Source: Tubiluchus corallicola (lineage: Eukaryota; Animalia; Priapulida). From it: a stretch of DNA of 64,000 nt. This document shows, in pieces, positions 39,501 to 52,399 of the stretch. Position 1 is the first letter of the stretch; each line of letters opens with the position of its first letter. Made by a program: the position numbers and the translations under genes. Under the pieces are notes generated by a model. It had not been told where the DNA came from and did no database searches. It saw nothing but the letters and a program-made list of their open reading frames with translations. The stretch spans positions 1 through 64,000 of the forward strand of contig JAQGDQ010000769.1 in the NCBI GenBank assembly GCA_030141605.1, given 5' to 3'.

Positions 39501-40609
39501 ATCCAATATTTTAATCAAAATCATACAAACTTTGTCCAGCTTGCTGATTACACTCAAGCAATATTGCTGCACTCCGTTTTACTCGGTTTCCTAAGAATAG
39601 TTGCCAAGATGTATTTAAAACTATGTAAAATAGTTATAGTCCGGTTTGTTAGCCAAAAAAGAAGACTGGGTACAGCTTCCAAGCTCTCGTGAATTATTCT
39701 TCACGCCTTTCACACAGCGTTTTGGATATTTTTATAAAAATCTGCGTTTTAGGCCGCTGTCCCTGGACACAAAAAGGCCAAGAAGTGGCTCTGCTTTTTG
39801 GAAGCTTATAATTCCAAAACGTACACACAATTGACACACATGTGTACTATTAGGGACCAATAGGAAGTTATGTGTATGCTTTAATTTGACGGTGTGATTA
39901 GTGACTTTGGAACAAACGAAGTGACCAAATTACGTCATCAGTACCACTAAATCCATTTCACAACCTCTAAGATCCAAAATCTATTATTAGTCCATAACTT
40001 GCAAACAAAGTCATAAAATGTGACGAAATGTATTATGTATTTCAATACTCAATAATGTGTACACCCATTTTTGACCACTAGCGAAAACTTCTCATAATTC
40101 TGTCATATTGTTATGAATATTTATTTTATATTTCGTGTAGTAGCCAAACAAGTCTTTCAAATCTGGTCTCGTCTCTTCTTTTTTACCAGGACACCCAGAC
40201 CGTTTCAAAAAACGTTTTTATTACATTTTTTCCAAAATTTGTGGGAAGTAGTTGCGGAAAGTAGTATTCTTCGTGGAAACAAGGTATGCCTTTATATGCC
40301 ACTGCCGAATACTCTTTCCACTGATATAACAGATCTACGTTCACACTGTCTCGTTCTTATAACACCTCAGCTTAAATTTTGCAAAAAAGTGCGACAAAAT
40401 CCAGCCCATGTCTATTGATACAATTAAAACTGTAACTATTACACAACATGGCAGTTCAGTGCTCACACATTGAAAACTGTAACTTGTGATAACAAGGCTT
40501 AATATGCAATTTGATTGGATAACAAGGAAGTGGTACTAATGGCTGGAATAATAAAGTGGCAGAAATAGTGTTTTTTAGCTCGCAAAGGCAAGGAGTGGGC
40601 TAAAATAAA

Positions 40610-41737
40610 ATGTCAAGAAAATATGGATTTGTTTGTACATACAGGAAACTGTTTTTTATTTGTTTCATATATCCTTGCTTAAAAAACATTTACATGGCGA
40701 CTCAGCAAAAAACGATTTCAGTCAGCTCAGAAAGATTTCCGGTTGTTCCAGAATGTACAGAAAACGACACCAAACTGCGAAGAAAAGTAGATGTAGATAG
40801 CGTACTCGTCAATGTGACCAAAAATGAAAAAGTTGTCAGTATTTTTCCAAAATACTTGAATAAACTTCTCCATTCGCTGAATGACACCACGTTTTACATA
40901 ACCATGGGCATGTTTCCAGGTCGGCTGGGCAATCACATGTTTCAATATGCCTCACTGTATGGAATAGCAAAAGCAAATCAGCTAACGCCAATACTGCCTG
41001 ATCGGTTTCCTTTATACAGGATATATCCCAAACTATCTATTCCAGTAATGTCATCGTGGAATTATATCACCTACAGAAAAGTATTTCGTCGAGTTCGATT
41101 TAAGTGTAACTATAAATTTTGCCCACAATCTAGCAACCTGAGAAAGTACGTTGGAAGCAGCAAAAATATTAGTTTAAAGGGGTATTTCCATTCCTACAAA
41201 TATTTTAATAAATGGAAAGATGATATTAAAGAGCAGTTTAGATTTCGTCAAGAAACAGTTGCAAAAGCCAGAAATATTCTGTATTCTCAATTAGACATGA
41301 AGTTTAATTTTCGTAAAGGCACTCAGTTTAATATCACGTTGATTGGAGTTCACGTTCGAAGGGGTGACATTAAGAAAACGAATTTGCACGTTCCCACAAA
41401 AGAATATTTGACAAGATCTATATTATACATGAGAGAAAGGTATGTGAACTCCGTGTTTGTAATTATCGGTGACAATACAGCTTGGAATAAGAGAAACATG
41501 GAAGACTTTGACGTTGTTGTCATGCCAAACACTTGTGATCCTGTAGTTGACATGTGCATTGTATCTCACTTGTGTGATCACGTGATTACAACGGTGGGAA
41601 CTTACAGTTTTTGGTGTGGATATTTATCAAAGGGAAGTGTACTATATTTTCGAGATACGTTTTTTGATAGTCATAAAGATAAAACTAGCCAAACCACTGC
41701 AGACGATTATTTCCCACCAGAATGGATTGGCTTATAA
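40610..41737 (+). CDS. GT11 alpha-1,2-fucosyltransferase-like (FUT1/FUT2 family), type II membrane
   Basis: 375 aa. Motifs GRLGNHMFQYASLYGIA, LKGYFHSYKYF, GVHVRRGD, CDHVITTVGTYSFWCGYL and DYFPPEWIGL. Confidence 0.93.
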   Translation: MSRKYGFVCTYRKLFFICFIYPCLKNIYMATQQKTISVSSERFPVVPECTENDTKLRRKVDVDSVLVNVTKNEKVVSIFPKYLNKLLHSLNDTTFYITMGMFPGRLGNHMFQYASLYGIAKANQLTPILPDRFPLYRIYPKLSIPVMSSWNYITYRKVFRRVRFKCNYKFCPQSSNLRKYVGSSKNISLKGYFHSYKYFNKWKDDIKEQFRFRQETVAKARNILYSQLDMKFNFRKGTQFNITLIGVHVRRGDIKKTNLHVPTKEYLTRSILYMRERYVNSVFVIIGDNTAWNKRNMEDFDVVVMPNTCDPVVDMCIVSHLCDHVITTVGTYSFWCGYLSKGSVLYFRDTFFDSHKDKTSQTTADDYFPPEWIGL

Positions 41738-42677
41738 TGACAAAAGTAGCAGCCGTAAGGGACGCAGACTGAACTAGTCGTTGGTAGGCGCTGAGTGCAC
41801 TGGTTACAGTTGGTTATATTCCAGAGCCGAGCTGAATCAGTATTTAAATGTAACCAGCTGTCCTGCCTCAGACAACAGAGGCGAGGGTCTAAGTAGTCGA
41901 CTCAACAGTATGATATTGTTCGTGGTGTGATCAAGAATTTAGAACAGCTCAACACAACATAAATGTTTTAACAGTAATTATTAAACAAAATGAAACAGTA
42001 AATCTTATTAATAATTGGCTCAATAATTAAATAGTTCAGCTTGTTTTTACTATAGTAATACTCAAAGCAAAGTGACACACAAAAACAACATATTGTACTA
42101 CTACGTTCTGCTATATAAAAAAGGTAGCACGCAAATACTCAAAGTCTAAGTTTGGTATATAACCTAAACATCTGAACTGGGGGCATGTTTTTAGCACTGG
42201 CAATAATATTACCAACTGATTATGAGAGGTATCTAAAAGCCTAACTTTCGGGCCATCCCGTACATGCTAGCATTCAAAACCGAATCCTCTACTTGTGCCG
42301 TAAGTAGTCACGTGACTAGCGGAACGAATATTGCAATTTGCGTGTTGCAGTGTAGAAGTCCAGTGCTGTAAGGAGACTAATGCTTCTATCTCCAATCAGT
42401 TTATTGTCAGGCCCGTTATAAGTAGCTACAAACGAAATGAACAAGTTCAGAGTCTTACCGGTGCTGCATTGCTGGATACTTTCCCAGACACAACCACGTC
42501 TCTCCCAGAAAGCACTGTCAGCTTGCAAATGTCACGTCGTATCTAATCCGTGAATCTGCGCATGATTTTAACTCTTTTGATCACTGCCGACGAAGAGAAT
42601 ATTGTGAACGTTTCACCAGAAAACTTCACTCTAGTTAAACATTGCAGGTTACCTTGGCGCTGGCCTTCCTTCTCGAC

Positions 42678-44720
42678 CATCCAGCAGTAAAACTAGGTCG
42701 ACAACTATCTAGTCACACAGGTAAAGCACGCATAGGTAAAACACGCATAGGTAAAACTAGGCTGTGACTGAAGTTCAAACAATGATGTGAAGGTCAGGCC
42801 CATCCCAGGTACCTAATTTAAATGTGCTTAAACTAGCAGAAGAGAAACAGCTAAATGTTACATCATAATTCAAAGCATTGCAAATAGGAATAATAATAAA
42901 GTAAGTTAAGTCTCACCAAGGCAATATTGAAAGAAATATAAACAAACTAACCAGCAGACCCAGGAATGTCAACTAATTTTTTGTACTGGGTCGTTACAGC
43001 AGCACCGTTAAACAGTGTTAAAACAATCTTTATTACAATAGTAAAACAAGTATTTCATTTTTTCATACACGAATATGTGAATTTTTATATGTTACTGTTA
43101 TTCATTCATTTAGTCGGAGAACAGGTATAAATACTGTATCACATGAAATTCCTTGAGCAAGCGTATATAAACCCATTCTTGGTAAAACGGTGTAACAATA
43201 ATTTAACAACTACCTCAAGACTAATTGAAAAGTTAAAGGCTTGTATCGTTAAGTCTACCACGAAAACCAGTTATTTTACACGACTTTATTTTATTCAAGT
43301 ATATCACATTGGCAATACATTTTAACAAACAGTAATAGTTAAATGATTAATAATATCCAGAATTCCATTTCAGACAATTGTTGTCCGCTGCATAGTAGTA
43401 AAAAAATTCAAAATGGCACATCATGGCGTAGTACTCTGAAAAGTATCCAATGGATAGTCCCTAAACATGATTACTTTGACCAAGTTTATTTCTGCCAGGC
43501 TAGTTTCTTTTCTTGCTGTAAGTTTTTGTTTATTACAGTGTAGGCCTACTACTCTTGTCAAACCACACCCAAAAACCTGATTAAACAAGTTCCACCACAT
43601 TTCCGCATCACACAGCTTACTGTAGTACAGCTTAAATAACCATAGTGATTATCAAAATAGTATCTATTGCATCATTCTAGTTGGACAACTGTAGCCCACT
43701 GTTGGTAGAATGTGATTCATCCCATTTGATCTTGGCCAAAAATATGCCAGCATCCGACATTTTAATATATCTTTTTTGTTTTGTTAGCTTAAATATTCCC
43801 CAGTTTATTTAATGAGTAATACTTATCGTCTTTACATAATCCACATCAGGTATTCCAACACGTATTCAAAAATGAGCAAAAAATTTTGGCTAAAGTAGAC
43901 TTTGGACTTTGTAAAGTTGGACTTTGGATATTGGAGATTGACGGGCAGGAATGTTTAATTACTAACACTTCAACTATATTGTGAAATGCCTTCACAGTAT
44001 AGTTGAAGTGTTAACTATAATTATTAAATCTGAATCTAAGGCTTAATTTTGATGATTGGATACAGCTGGCGAACTTTCAGGCATGATTCTTTAGGCCATC
44101 TTGGCTGCGTTTTGGACATTTTTACAAAATCTTGTAAATTTCTCTGTCCCGGATCACAAAAAGCTCAAGAGGTGATCCTGCACTCTAGAGGCTTATGACT
44201 CGAAAACGTTCACAGATAAATAATTTAAGGCTACTGCTACGGACGAATAGGAACTTATATGTGGGCTTTCATTTGGTGTTGCGATTAGAAGTGTGTTGTA
44301 AGTGACCAATTAAGTTGTGACATATGTACTCCTCAATCCATTTCACAAAATCAAATAATTATATATATCTTGCAAGCCATAAAATGTATTATGTACTAAT
44401 AAGAAACTGGCCATTTGTACAAGAATTTCGGATTTAGGTTGAAGGCCAGGAGCAGCTGTGACGTCATCTTTGTAATGACGGCGTTCCTTGTGGGTGATAG
44501 TAATTAGTAACTTATGCAATACGAGTATGAAGCGCACTTAACCTTGGTAACGTTGCGAGACTGATACTAATGCTTTTGAAATGCGGAGTTTTCCTTGTGG
44601 TTTATGTGTACCTGTTTCTGAATACAAAGCTTACAGAAAGATCAATTAACATTTTAATGCTTTTATTCTACTAACAGACAATCTGAGTAAGCAAGAAAAA
44701 AAGAAAAAAGATACTTTACA
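42678..44720. repeat. Long inverted repeat, right arm (~2.0 kb)
   Basis: Reverse complement of 36550-38572. Differs by scattered SNPs, a 15-bp tandem duplication (~42726-42755) and an 8-bp insertion (~44054). Confidence 0.95.
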
Positions 44721-46034
44721 ATAATTAAAGATGGCCATTCAAATAATTACAGCATGAGTTCTTGGTACCAAACAGTAACCTAATCGTAACTGCAGCTTTC
44801 ACTGTCCATAAGAGTTTGTGCACAAGATATCACCAAGTTGAGTATTCACAATTGAGCTCAAAAGTAAACTGTTACTTATCTGTGGAGTGAGCGCTCATTC
44901 CATTGGCAATCACTGCGGTACACTCCATGGAAGGGATACCATCTCCAAAACATCGCATACCACGCTCGACAGTACTAGGCGCCTGTCCGTCCACACCATG
45001 ACAACAAGTGCAGGATTGCTTATACTGTGTAGAAGGCTTTCTCCACTCAATTGCATCACAACACATTGTCCATTAGGATAGTATTACCCAACTGTCCAGG
45101 ACTTTTTCAAAATAAAACATCAGTTCAGCCAATTTCAACAGATAATTCTTAGGTTTGTCCTCAAAATTATAAACCCAACACTTTCCAGCTTATCCCCCCC
45201 ACACTTCTCAATATCACAAATAATGTTCCTGTTACTGGAACAGTTCACTACATTTCAAGCTAGTTTGATACTTTAGACATGTAACTATAGCACTATATAG
45301 GCTGAATGAGAAAGTGACACACTCCTGCAATAAAGTAATAGTGCCCAAGTGAGGAACACACTTTCAAAATGGCCTTCATAACATGGCCATTTAGGTTACT
45401 TGTGTGGCAGGTGTAGTTCATGGGTGCCGAGACTACATTATTAAAACAACGGCAGCAAAAATTAAAGTAAAATATGCAGGTAGTTTCCATATACAAAACC
45501 ATACACAACAGAGTTAGGCCCCTTCAATTGAACAAAACATTTATCATTGAACCAAGTTGCATACTATAACGTACAGATGTGGTTGCTTTAACTAAGGGGC
45601 GGACCTAGTCTGGTCCATCACAATCTGCACTTCAGTTTCAAGAACCAAATTGAGATAATCAATCATTCGACTGGCATTTTCCTGGACTCAACTCCGGATT
45701 TTTTCGAAATTTTCGAAACTGCCTGTGGAAAAAACGTGTTATGGGACTCTTGGAAGGAGGGTATAGAAGAACTGGGCCACACGATGGAAACATCCACCAT
45801 GAGGGGCTGTGATTTGTTGATTGGAGGTTCCATTTCGGGAGATTTTCGCTTGGAAAACAGCTGATGCGAAGCCAGTGATCTGACGTCTCTGCTTATAACC
45901 TAGTGTTGACGAAGCCTTTGTAGCTTTTACTAAAGAACTGACTCACATTTCTGAGCTAATGATTAATACGTGATTTCATTCCATGCCTGCTGACGTTTAA
46001 TTGTATGGCGGTCTTAGCAGCCTAGAAATGTATA

Positions 46035-46948
46035 GGGAAAAACGGGCTAATGTCTGACAAAATTTCTGTTTATGTTTTACAGTTTCGTGTTATGTTAATG
46101 GCTGATAAACTAAATAAATGAATCAGGAAGTACAGGAAAGAGAGTTAGCTGCACAAGATGTAAAATGCTGTAATAATTAAAGCTTTGCTACCTCATTTCA
46201 AAGGCAGTGTATGGCAGTGTTGGACAGTTATCGAGGTAATGTCACACCTAATTCAGAACTTTGTGGTTATGTCGTTTAAATTCTTGAAAATAATTTGCAA
46301 TGCCGAGACTGATCAGTGACGACATGAGAGAAATGTTATTGAACAGAGTAGGCAAGCACCAATACTCCTACAGTCATTTTCTCCCTATTGTTCATCTGAG
46401 AATATTATGCACAGATTGCATTTACTCATAGCTCCACAGCTAAAGTTTCTCTTTCTCACTCTTTACATTTTTACATTTGCAGCATTTTCGCGAGCCGTTT
46501 CGATAATGGTTTCTCCCCATATTTCTAAACGATTAAGGTCATAATATTATTATATTTCGGCAAAAACGGCCAGAACAGTCAACGTTATTTACAACACAAA
46601 CGTTAATTCTGGTGAAAAGTCGGACACTGCTTCAGGGAGTTGTATAATAAACAGACAAATATTTTGACTTACAAAGTGTGGTATAAAAGTATTAGAGAAG
46701 AAGTAACTCACAAGACAGTCATTCCTGTAGAGGCTGCAGCAAATAATTATCGCGTTAGGTCTGTTTATCAACGAATTAAAAAAAGTTAATACAGTTAAGA
46801 AAAACTTGTATTTTGGGACCATACAAGAAGACGAACTGTTAGGCCATGGTGAAAATGCTATTATAAAGACGTGATGTGGGTAAAAAACGTAATTTAATGA
46901 TTATTAGGAAAACATAAAATCATTGTCCGACATTAGCCCATTTTACCC
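46035..46948. mobile_element. Non-autonomous DNA transposon with ~25-bp imperfect TIRs (Tc1/mariner-pogo-like)
   Basis: GGGAAAAACGGGCTAATGTCTGACA (46035-46059) versus TGTCCGACATTAGCCCATTTTACCC (46924-46948), 22/25 complementary. TA present on the left flank only. Confidence 0.65.
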
Positions 46949-47281
46949 AGTTAAACAAAATGTAATCTAAAATACTTATCAATTTTATAATGTAATCCAG
47001 TACTGTAAAAAACAATTCCACACAACTGGACTAGCACAAGAAGTTGACTTGTTAACAATCTGCTTGTGCAAACAGTAATGAAACTTCCTTGACCCAAGCA
47101 TGTGGAAAATGGAAAATAATTTCTGCGCAGGATTCCGGAAAAACAGAAATATGAGCCACGTCTTCCTTATACACAATTTCGAGTAATTATCAGCATGCTA
47201 CTTGACTCAGATAGCGTAAAAATGTGATAAATAGTTTAGTGTTATTTCGAAAATTGATCATTGTCTTTTTCTTCGTAGAAA

Positions 47282-47420
47282 ATGCGATTAAGGTTATATA
47301 ATACGAAGTTTGTGTCAAATAAAATCTTACTTGCTCCGGTTTGTGGTGTAGTTTGCAGTGTTATTGTTTTAGTTGCTAATTATGCGAATTTGCCAAGTGA
47401 CAACCCATGCTACATGCAAG
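47282..47420 (+). CDS. Predicted first coding exon (cytoplasmic tail plus TM) of sulfotransferase 2
   Basis: Acceptor TCTTTTTCTTCGTAG at 47278 and ATG at 47282. Encodes MRLRLYNTKFVSNKILLAPVCGVVCSVIVLVANYANLPSDNPCYMQ. Phase-1 donor CAAG|GTAATT is in frame with the acceptor at 49310. Confidence 0.75.
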
Positions 47421-48659
47421 GTAATTATAATAACTTGTTCATTTTCAGTGATTAGTAACATCGAGATGAAATTGATGAAAAGTAGTGAACAGTCGCAGTT
47501 CTGTGAAATGGATATTTTAAATATCATTAATTAAGATTCTGCATTTAGTACAATGAATTTAGCAGAATCTCATTGGAAATCAACCGTTTACAATTATTTC
47601 TCCACCACCATGGTGAATGAATCTAGAGTCATGGAACTTTGTGGCTGAACACCTGAAGGTGAAAAGGCAGTGAAATGGTGACGAGTGACTTTGGGACAAA
47701 ACACAGTGCAATGTTGGTGTTGCACGAGCTCAAGGGCATTTCAGCAGTATAGAGTGCGCATACTCGTCTTTGCAGATAAAACCTAGGCTCAATACTTTTA
47801 ATGTTTAACGCTTCCAGCATCTGTATATGAAAATACAGAAGAGTATTTAGAAAGGTTAGTCTCACAGCTACCCGAAACTCAAACGCAAACACATCCTCAG
47901 TCGAACCAACCAAAGCTACTTGAACGTCTGGGCAATGATACACCCATTTCCTGGTATCCCTAGTCACAAATGTACAAGTGACAGGACAAAATTACCGTGA
48001 TATGTCAATACAAAAAGCCTTACACATTAAACGTATTTGGCCTAAGTCAAACAGCAAAGATAAGTTTGTGCACTCTTTACCACTGAAGTGCAGTTGACCT
48101 TGTACAACACCCACAGTTCACTGTGTTTTGTGGAATTCAGTAACAAAATGGCAGTTCCCTAATATTGACAGTTCTGTTACTACTTACATATTTGTTTGTC
48201 TCTTTGTGGAGAGTAGCATAGTTTCGTGCCTATCAAGATATGTAATCTGTATCGTAAATTGCTAAATTATCTATATAATGCTGTCTTTTGGCTATCTAAC
48301 TTCTGAATTGTATCTCGCTGTTGTTTCTAAATTCTGGTAAATTTCTTTGTTTTAGGTGCCTTGATAATGAACAGTTTGTTTCAAACAGGTCGGCAATGAA
48401 TTTCATTTTGATATAGTTACATCTACTTGCCAAATATGCATAATTCAGCTAACACATTGTTTTACATTTCTTTCTGTCAGATGCCAAATTATGTCACCAC
48501 AGCTCATTGCTCACACTTAGTGATGCCTAGGTGACCGAAATGAATTTTTATCAGAAGTTCCTGCCTCATTAATTAATTATGACTGTGATCGCCAGAACTT
48601 CGTAAACCGTTAATTAATTTTACCAGTTATTACCCATTACCGGTGGAGAAAATAGATAC

Positions 48660-48730
48660 TGAAAAATTTTGGACTAGTTGGGATTTGAACCCAAGTCTGG
48701 AATTAGTATTCCATGCAGTACTATATAAGC
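48660..48730 (-). mobile_element. tRNA-derived SINE-like head fragment (intronic)
   Basis: Minus-strand B-box-like GGGTTCAAATCCCA. Bracketed by ~50-bp direct repeats (TAATTATGACTGTGA..CCAGAA at ~48574 and ~48866). No cloverleaf. Confidence 0.4.
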
Positions 48731-48929
48731 TACCTACAGTGTACACTTTAGAGCTCACAAGTAGCTAAAAAACCAACGACACCCCCTGTACTATTATGGC
48801 ATTATAGGGATACTTTAGGTATCAATATTTTCCCCGTTAAGCTAGCAACTAATGATAACATTAGTTAATTATGACTGTGACTTCCAGAATTATTTAATTA
48901 CCGATTAATTACTATCGACAAGAGGTGTA

Positions 48930-49240
48930 CAGACAAGAACAGCAGATACAGATCTGAGGATTATCACAGTACTTCACAAAACATCTTCAAAATTGAAAAA
49001 ATCTCAGTGACATTTCGAAATGGGTCAATTTTCCGTTTCATAGTTGTTCACGAAATTTCTCAAGCATTTCCGTGTTGTGCTAACCTTGTTTCAAGCATTC
49101 GTAGGTTGTGATACAATATCTGCATTTTGTGGAATTGGGAAAAAGTAGGCATGTGACACCTATTGCGCCTATCCCAAGGTTACTGGATCTTTGAGTAGTC
49201 TTTGACTGAGAGATTTTTCATTCTCGTATATGGGAAGGTC
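48930..49240 (+). mobile_element. Academ-like (XPG-domain) DNA transposon fragment in the sulfotransferase intron
   Basis: Degenerate RTADTDL, LFQAFVGCDTISAFCGIGKK and ERFFILVYG motifs. Explains the non-homologous N-terminus of ORF 49202. Confidence 0.6.
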
Positions 49241-49310
49241 AAGAATAAACAGATATGTCAGTTTTTTAGACCTAATTATTCCAAATTATACTTAATAATT
49301 TTCTTTTCAG

Positions 49311-50266
49311 AAGATGTGCAAAAGAAAGCTTGTAACGATGATTTGAACTCACGCAACTTTATTCGTGGGCCATTTCTAGGCCAAAATTGTTCATTCCGGG
49401 CTGAGAAAGTTGCTTATCGAAGAAAAGTGGTAGCAAAAACAGCATGTGAGAGACAATATTCAACTACAGTTTTTGGTGGAAAATTTAACATGTGGACACA
49501 AACATACATTGATGACATTCATCGTCTGGCTTATTGTTCAATACCAAAAGCAGCAACCACAAATTGGAAAAGAATTTTAATTAGTTTAATGGCTGCTGAT
49601 GCAAGTCTTGCTAATGATTCGTTAGTTCAGCCACGTGATTTAGATGAATTACCAGGATACACACCTCATCAACGTGCCCTGAAAGGTGATCTAATAAAAC
49701 AAATATCAAGATATTCTGTCTACTTGCAGTCATTTGTACTAAAAAAATATAAAAAGTTTATGTTTGTTCGACACCCATTTGAACGTCTTCTAAGTGCTTT
49801 CAAAAATAAAATTGAAAGTAAGAGCTTCTCTTATGAAATTTCACGCATGACTCAAGTTCTCCGAAAACAAAACATAACAATTTCAGATCATATTGTAAGT
49901 TTTACAGATTTTGTCAGGTACTTGGTCGTTACAAATCCAAAACTGTATAACGAACACTGGGCTAGAATGACTGACCTATGTGATCCTTGTACTGTTAAGT
50001 ATGACTTTATTGGAAAGTACGAGCATATTGAACAAGAAAGCAAAGATTTTTTGAAAATGTTGAATGTTTATCACAGACTACAGTTAACCAAAAAATATGA
50101 ATTTCACAACACTAACCACACAATCAGGTTAATGAAACATTATTACAGCATGTTGCCTAAAAAACTCTTGAGAAAACTGTATAAGATTTACAAAGCTGAT
50201 TTTGTCATTTTTGGATATCAGTTTCCTGCATTTATGCATCGATTTGTAAAACCGGGAATCATTTGA
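49311..50266 (+). CDS. Catalytic exon of carbohydrate sulfotransferase 2, HNK-1ST/CHST8-14 family (joined product 364 aa)
   Basis: Acceptor TTTTCTTTTCAG at 49310. Motifs CSIPKAATTNWKRI, FVRHPFERLLSAFKNK, HW..LCDPCTVKYDFIGKYE and LYKIYKADFVIFGY. Confidence 0.9.
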
Positions 50267-52399
50267 TAACATTTTTTATTGCAATGAATTCACTCACATT
50301 TAGTTAATATTTTTGATTCATGTTTATAGTTAGTTTGAAAGCTCTGTGGGTTCAGTCATGCTTATTGATTACATTTATGAAAAAAATTATTACGCATTGT
50401 TAAAAATAAATTTTAAAAAAGACTCTTACAACTCTTTGGTATGCAACTCTTTGGTAAACAACTAATTACACTAAAATATTAGCTGATTGATTTATATTGA
50501 AACTTGAGTACGATAGATTATAGATGGCAAGAACTGAAAAGGCTAGCTAGATAAATAGGAATTTATCATTATTATATAAAGCACAATTTAATATGAAAAT
50601 ACTATTTTTGACTCGCTTCAAAATTCTTTGTAAGTGTGTCTCGGATGCCATATAGAAAGATATAGAGATTATCGAGTCAACTGCTACTGTTGGGCATACT
50701 CATAATATAATGATAACACAAGTAGATGGAGAATGTAGTTTGCCTTAAAGTGATAAATTTTAGCATTAGTGCACACAAACCCATTTTTGAGTTCAGAAGT
50801 GAGTAACACTTAAATACAGGTTAAAAATATTCAAAAATATAGAAAAATAATTGCATGTACGTGCGAGCATTAAGCTTTATTTCACATCACATTGGCACTC
50901 ACCGAAAACTTTTATCTAATAAACGGAAAAAATTACAAATTTCTATCCAGTTAATCATTTATTCAAATCAAATTTTCAAGACCCAAATTCCTGTCTACAT
51001 GCACTGCCTATTGTCATTCTTGAGAAACACGATTCTGACTAAATGTTCTCAGATTGAACTTTTGCAATTTTTTTACAGTATGGTAAGGTTTTGTTGTTTT
51101 CTCATAATACAGGCTTTCTTGACTTATGAATAATGTCATTTTGAACATTTGTTATATTTTTAAAAATAGTTTTGACAAAAATCAGAATTAATCTACACAA
51201 AAGGTTTCTACATAAATGTGTACTTTTGCAGCCACTGCTACTAACATCCATATGTTCCGACTCGAGCTTTTCAAGAATGACATTAGACAGCAGCTGTAGG
51301 TGGGAACAGTCAGCTGACAAAAATGTTGTAAAACTTTCCTGCTTTAGAAGAAATTGTATATAGCACCATACATAATAACAGGCTACAAATGAAAATTCTG
51401 TTGGACGTCACAAACCACCTCTATCTACTGAGGAAAAAAGGGGATCCATAACAGGAACTGTAGTTAAGTCAAATAGATCCTCATCATATTAGAGGTTGTT
51501 GAGATTAAATAAAACTAATGCAGTCATTACGTTTCGAGGCACTTGCTGCAACTTTAGCTGCATAACCACTTTCAAAATAAATCAACTTTAAAAACTTTTA
51601 TGATATCTGAAACTATGAGAATTCCACAGTTATCATTGATACTTGTGTTACAAGCACTGAATCGTTTTGATATCTCAGATATTTTTAAATCATTAAATTT
51701 TACAAGTGAAGATATCTTAATGCTCTTTTCAGATGGCAAAAGCTGCCGAACAGATATAAAATGATTTCCGCCATCTACCTATACCAGCCAAAGCATCTCT
51801 CTATAGGATCACTCTGCAAGTTACCAGTTAACAAATACTCAAAGTCTGGAATATTGCAGAAGATATAGTTTGACAAAGCATGTTTGAGTCACAGCAGTTA
51901 ATGTTTCACGTGATAAAACTGGGTCCCACAATTTGCAAGATTCTGCAAAATCTTCAATGTATTTTAGCTTTGCATTTTGAGCAGTTGTAACATGTTCGAT
52001 GTAACCGTTTGATTTTTTAATCCATCTGTACGTTTCTTTAACATTTAAGTTGTACTAATAATTTCTTGCACGTTGAAAAAACTCTGCAGTCTGTCTCCAA
52101 TCTGGTTTATCTAGTGAATCAACAGACTTTGTTACAAAGTCGTCCTCAACAAAGTAGAGTAAACAAATTCTGGGTGAGTGTTCGGTGGTCGAGCAGTATG
52201 CGCGTGCTTGGCTTAGCTCTGTAAACATGTTATTTTGCAGACTGTACCTTTCTACTGGCTTCGCTAAATTATGAGCTAACCGCCGAATCAACGAGTGGCA
52301 ATGTAAAGTTATCGGAATTGTTTTAGCATAAAATTATTAATTATTTCATTACTATAACGTTGGCAGTATTGGAAATTATACACAGTATACCACAGAATA

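Noticed and set aside
44872-45066. Cys-rich 64-aa minus-strand ORF
   Set aside because: No recognisable family, signal peptide or supported exon structure.
48660-48730. tRNA gene
   Set aside because: Only a B-box-like motif is present, with no complete cloverleaf.
49202-49310. N-terminus of the 354-aa ORF as real protein
   Set aside because: TTG start, overlap with transposon-derived sequence and a polypyrimidine tract; interpreted as intron.
50850-52300. Possible P-element/THAP9-like remnant (VDRGGL motif on the minus strand)
   Set aside because: A single short motif in highly degraded frames is insufficient to call.
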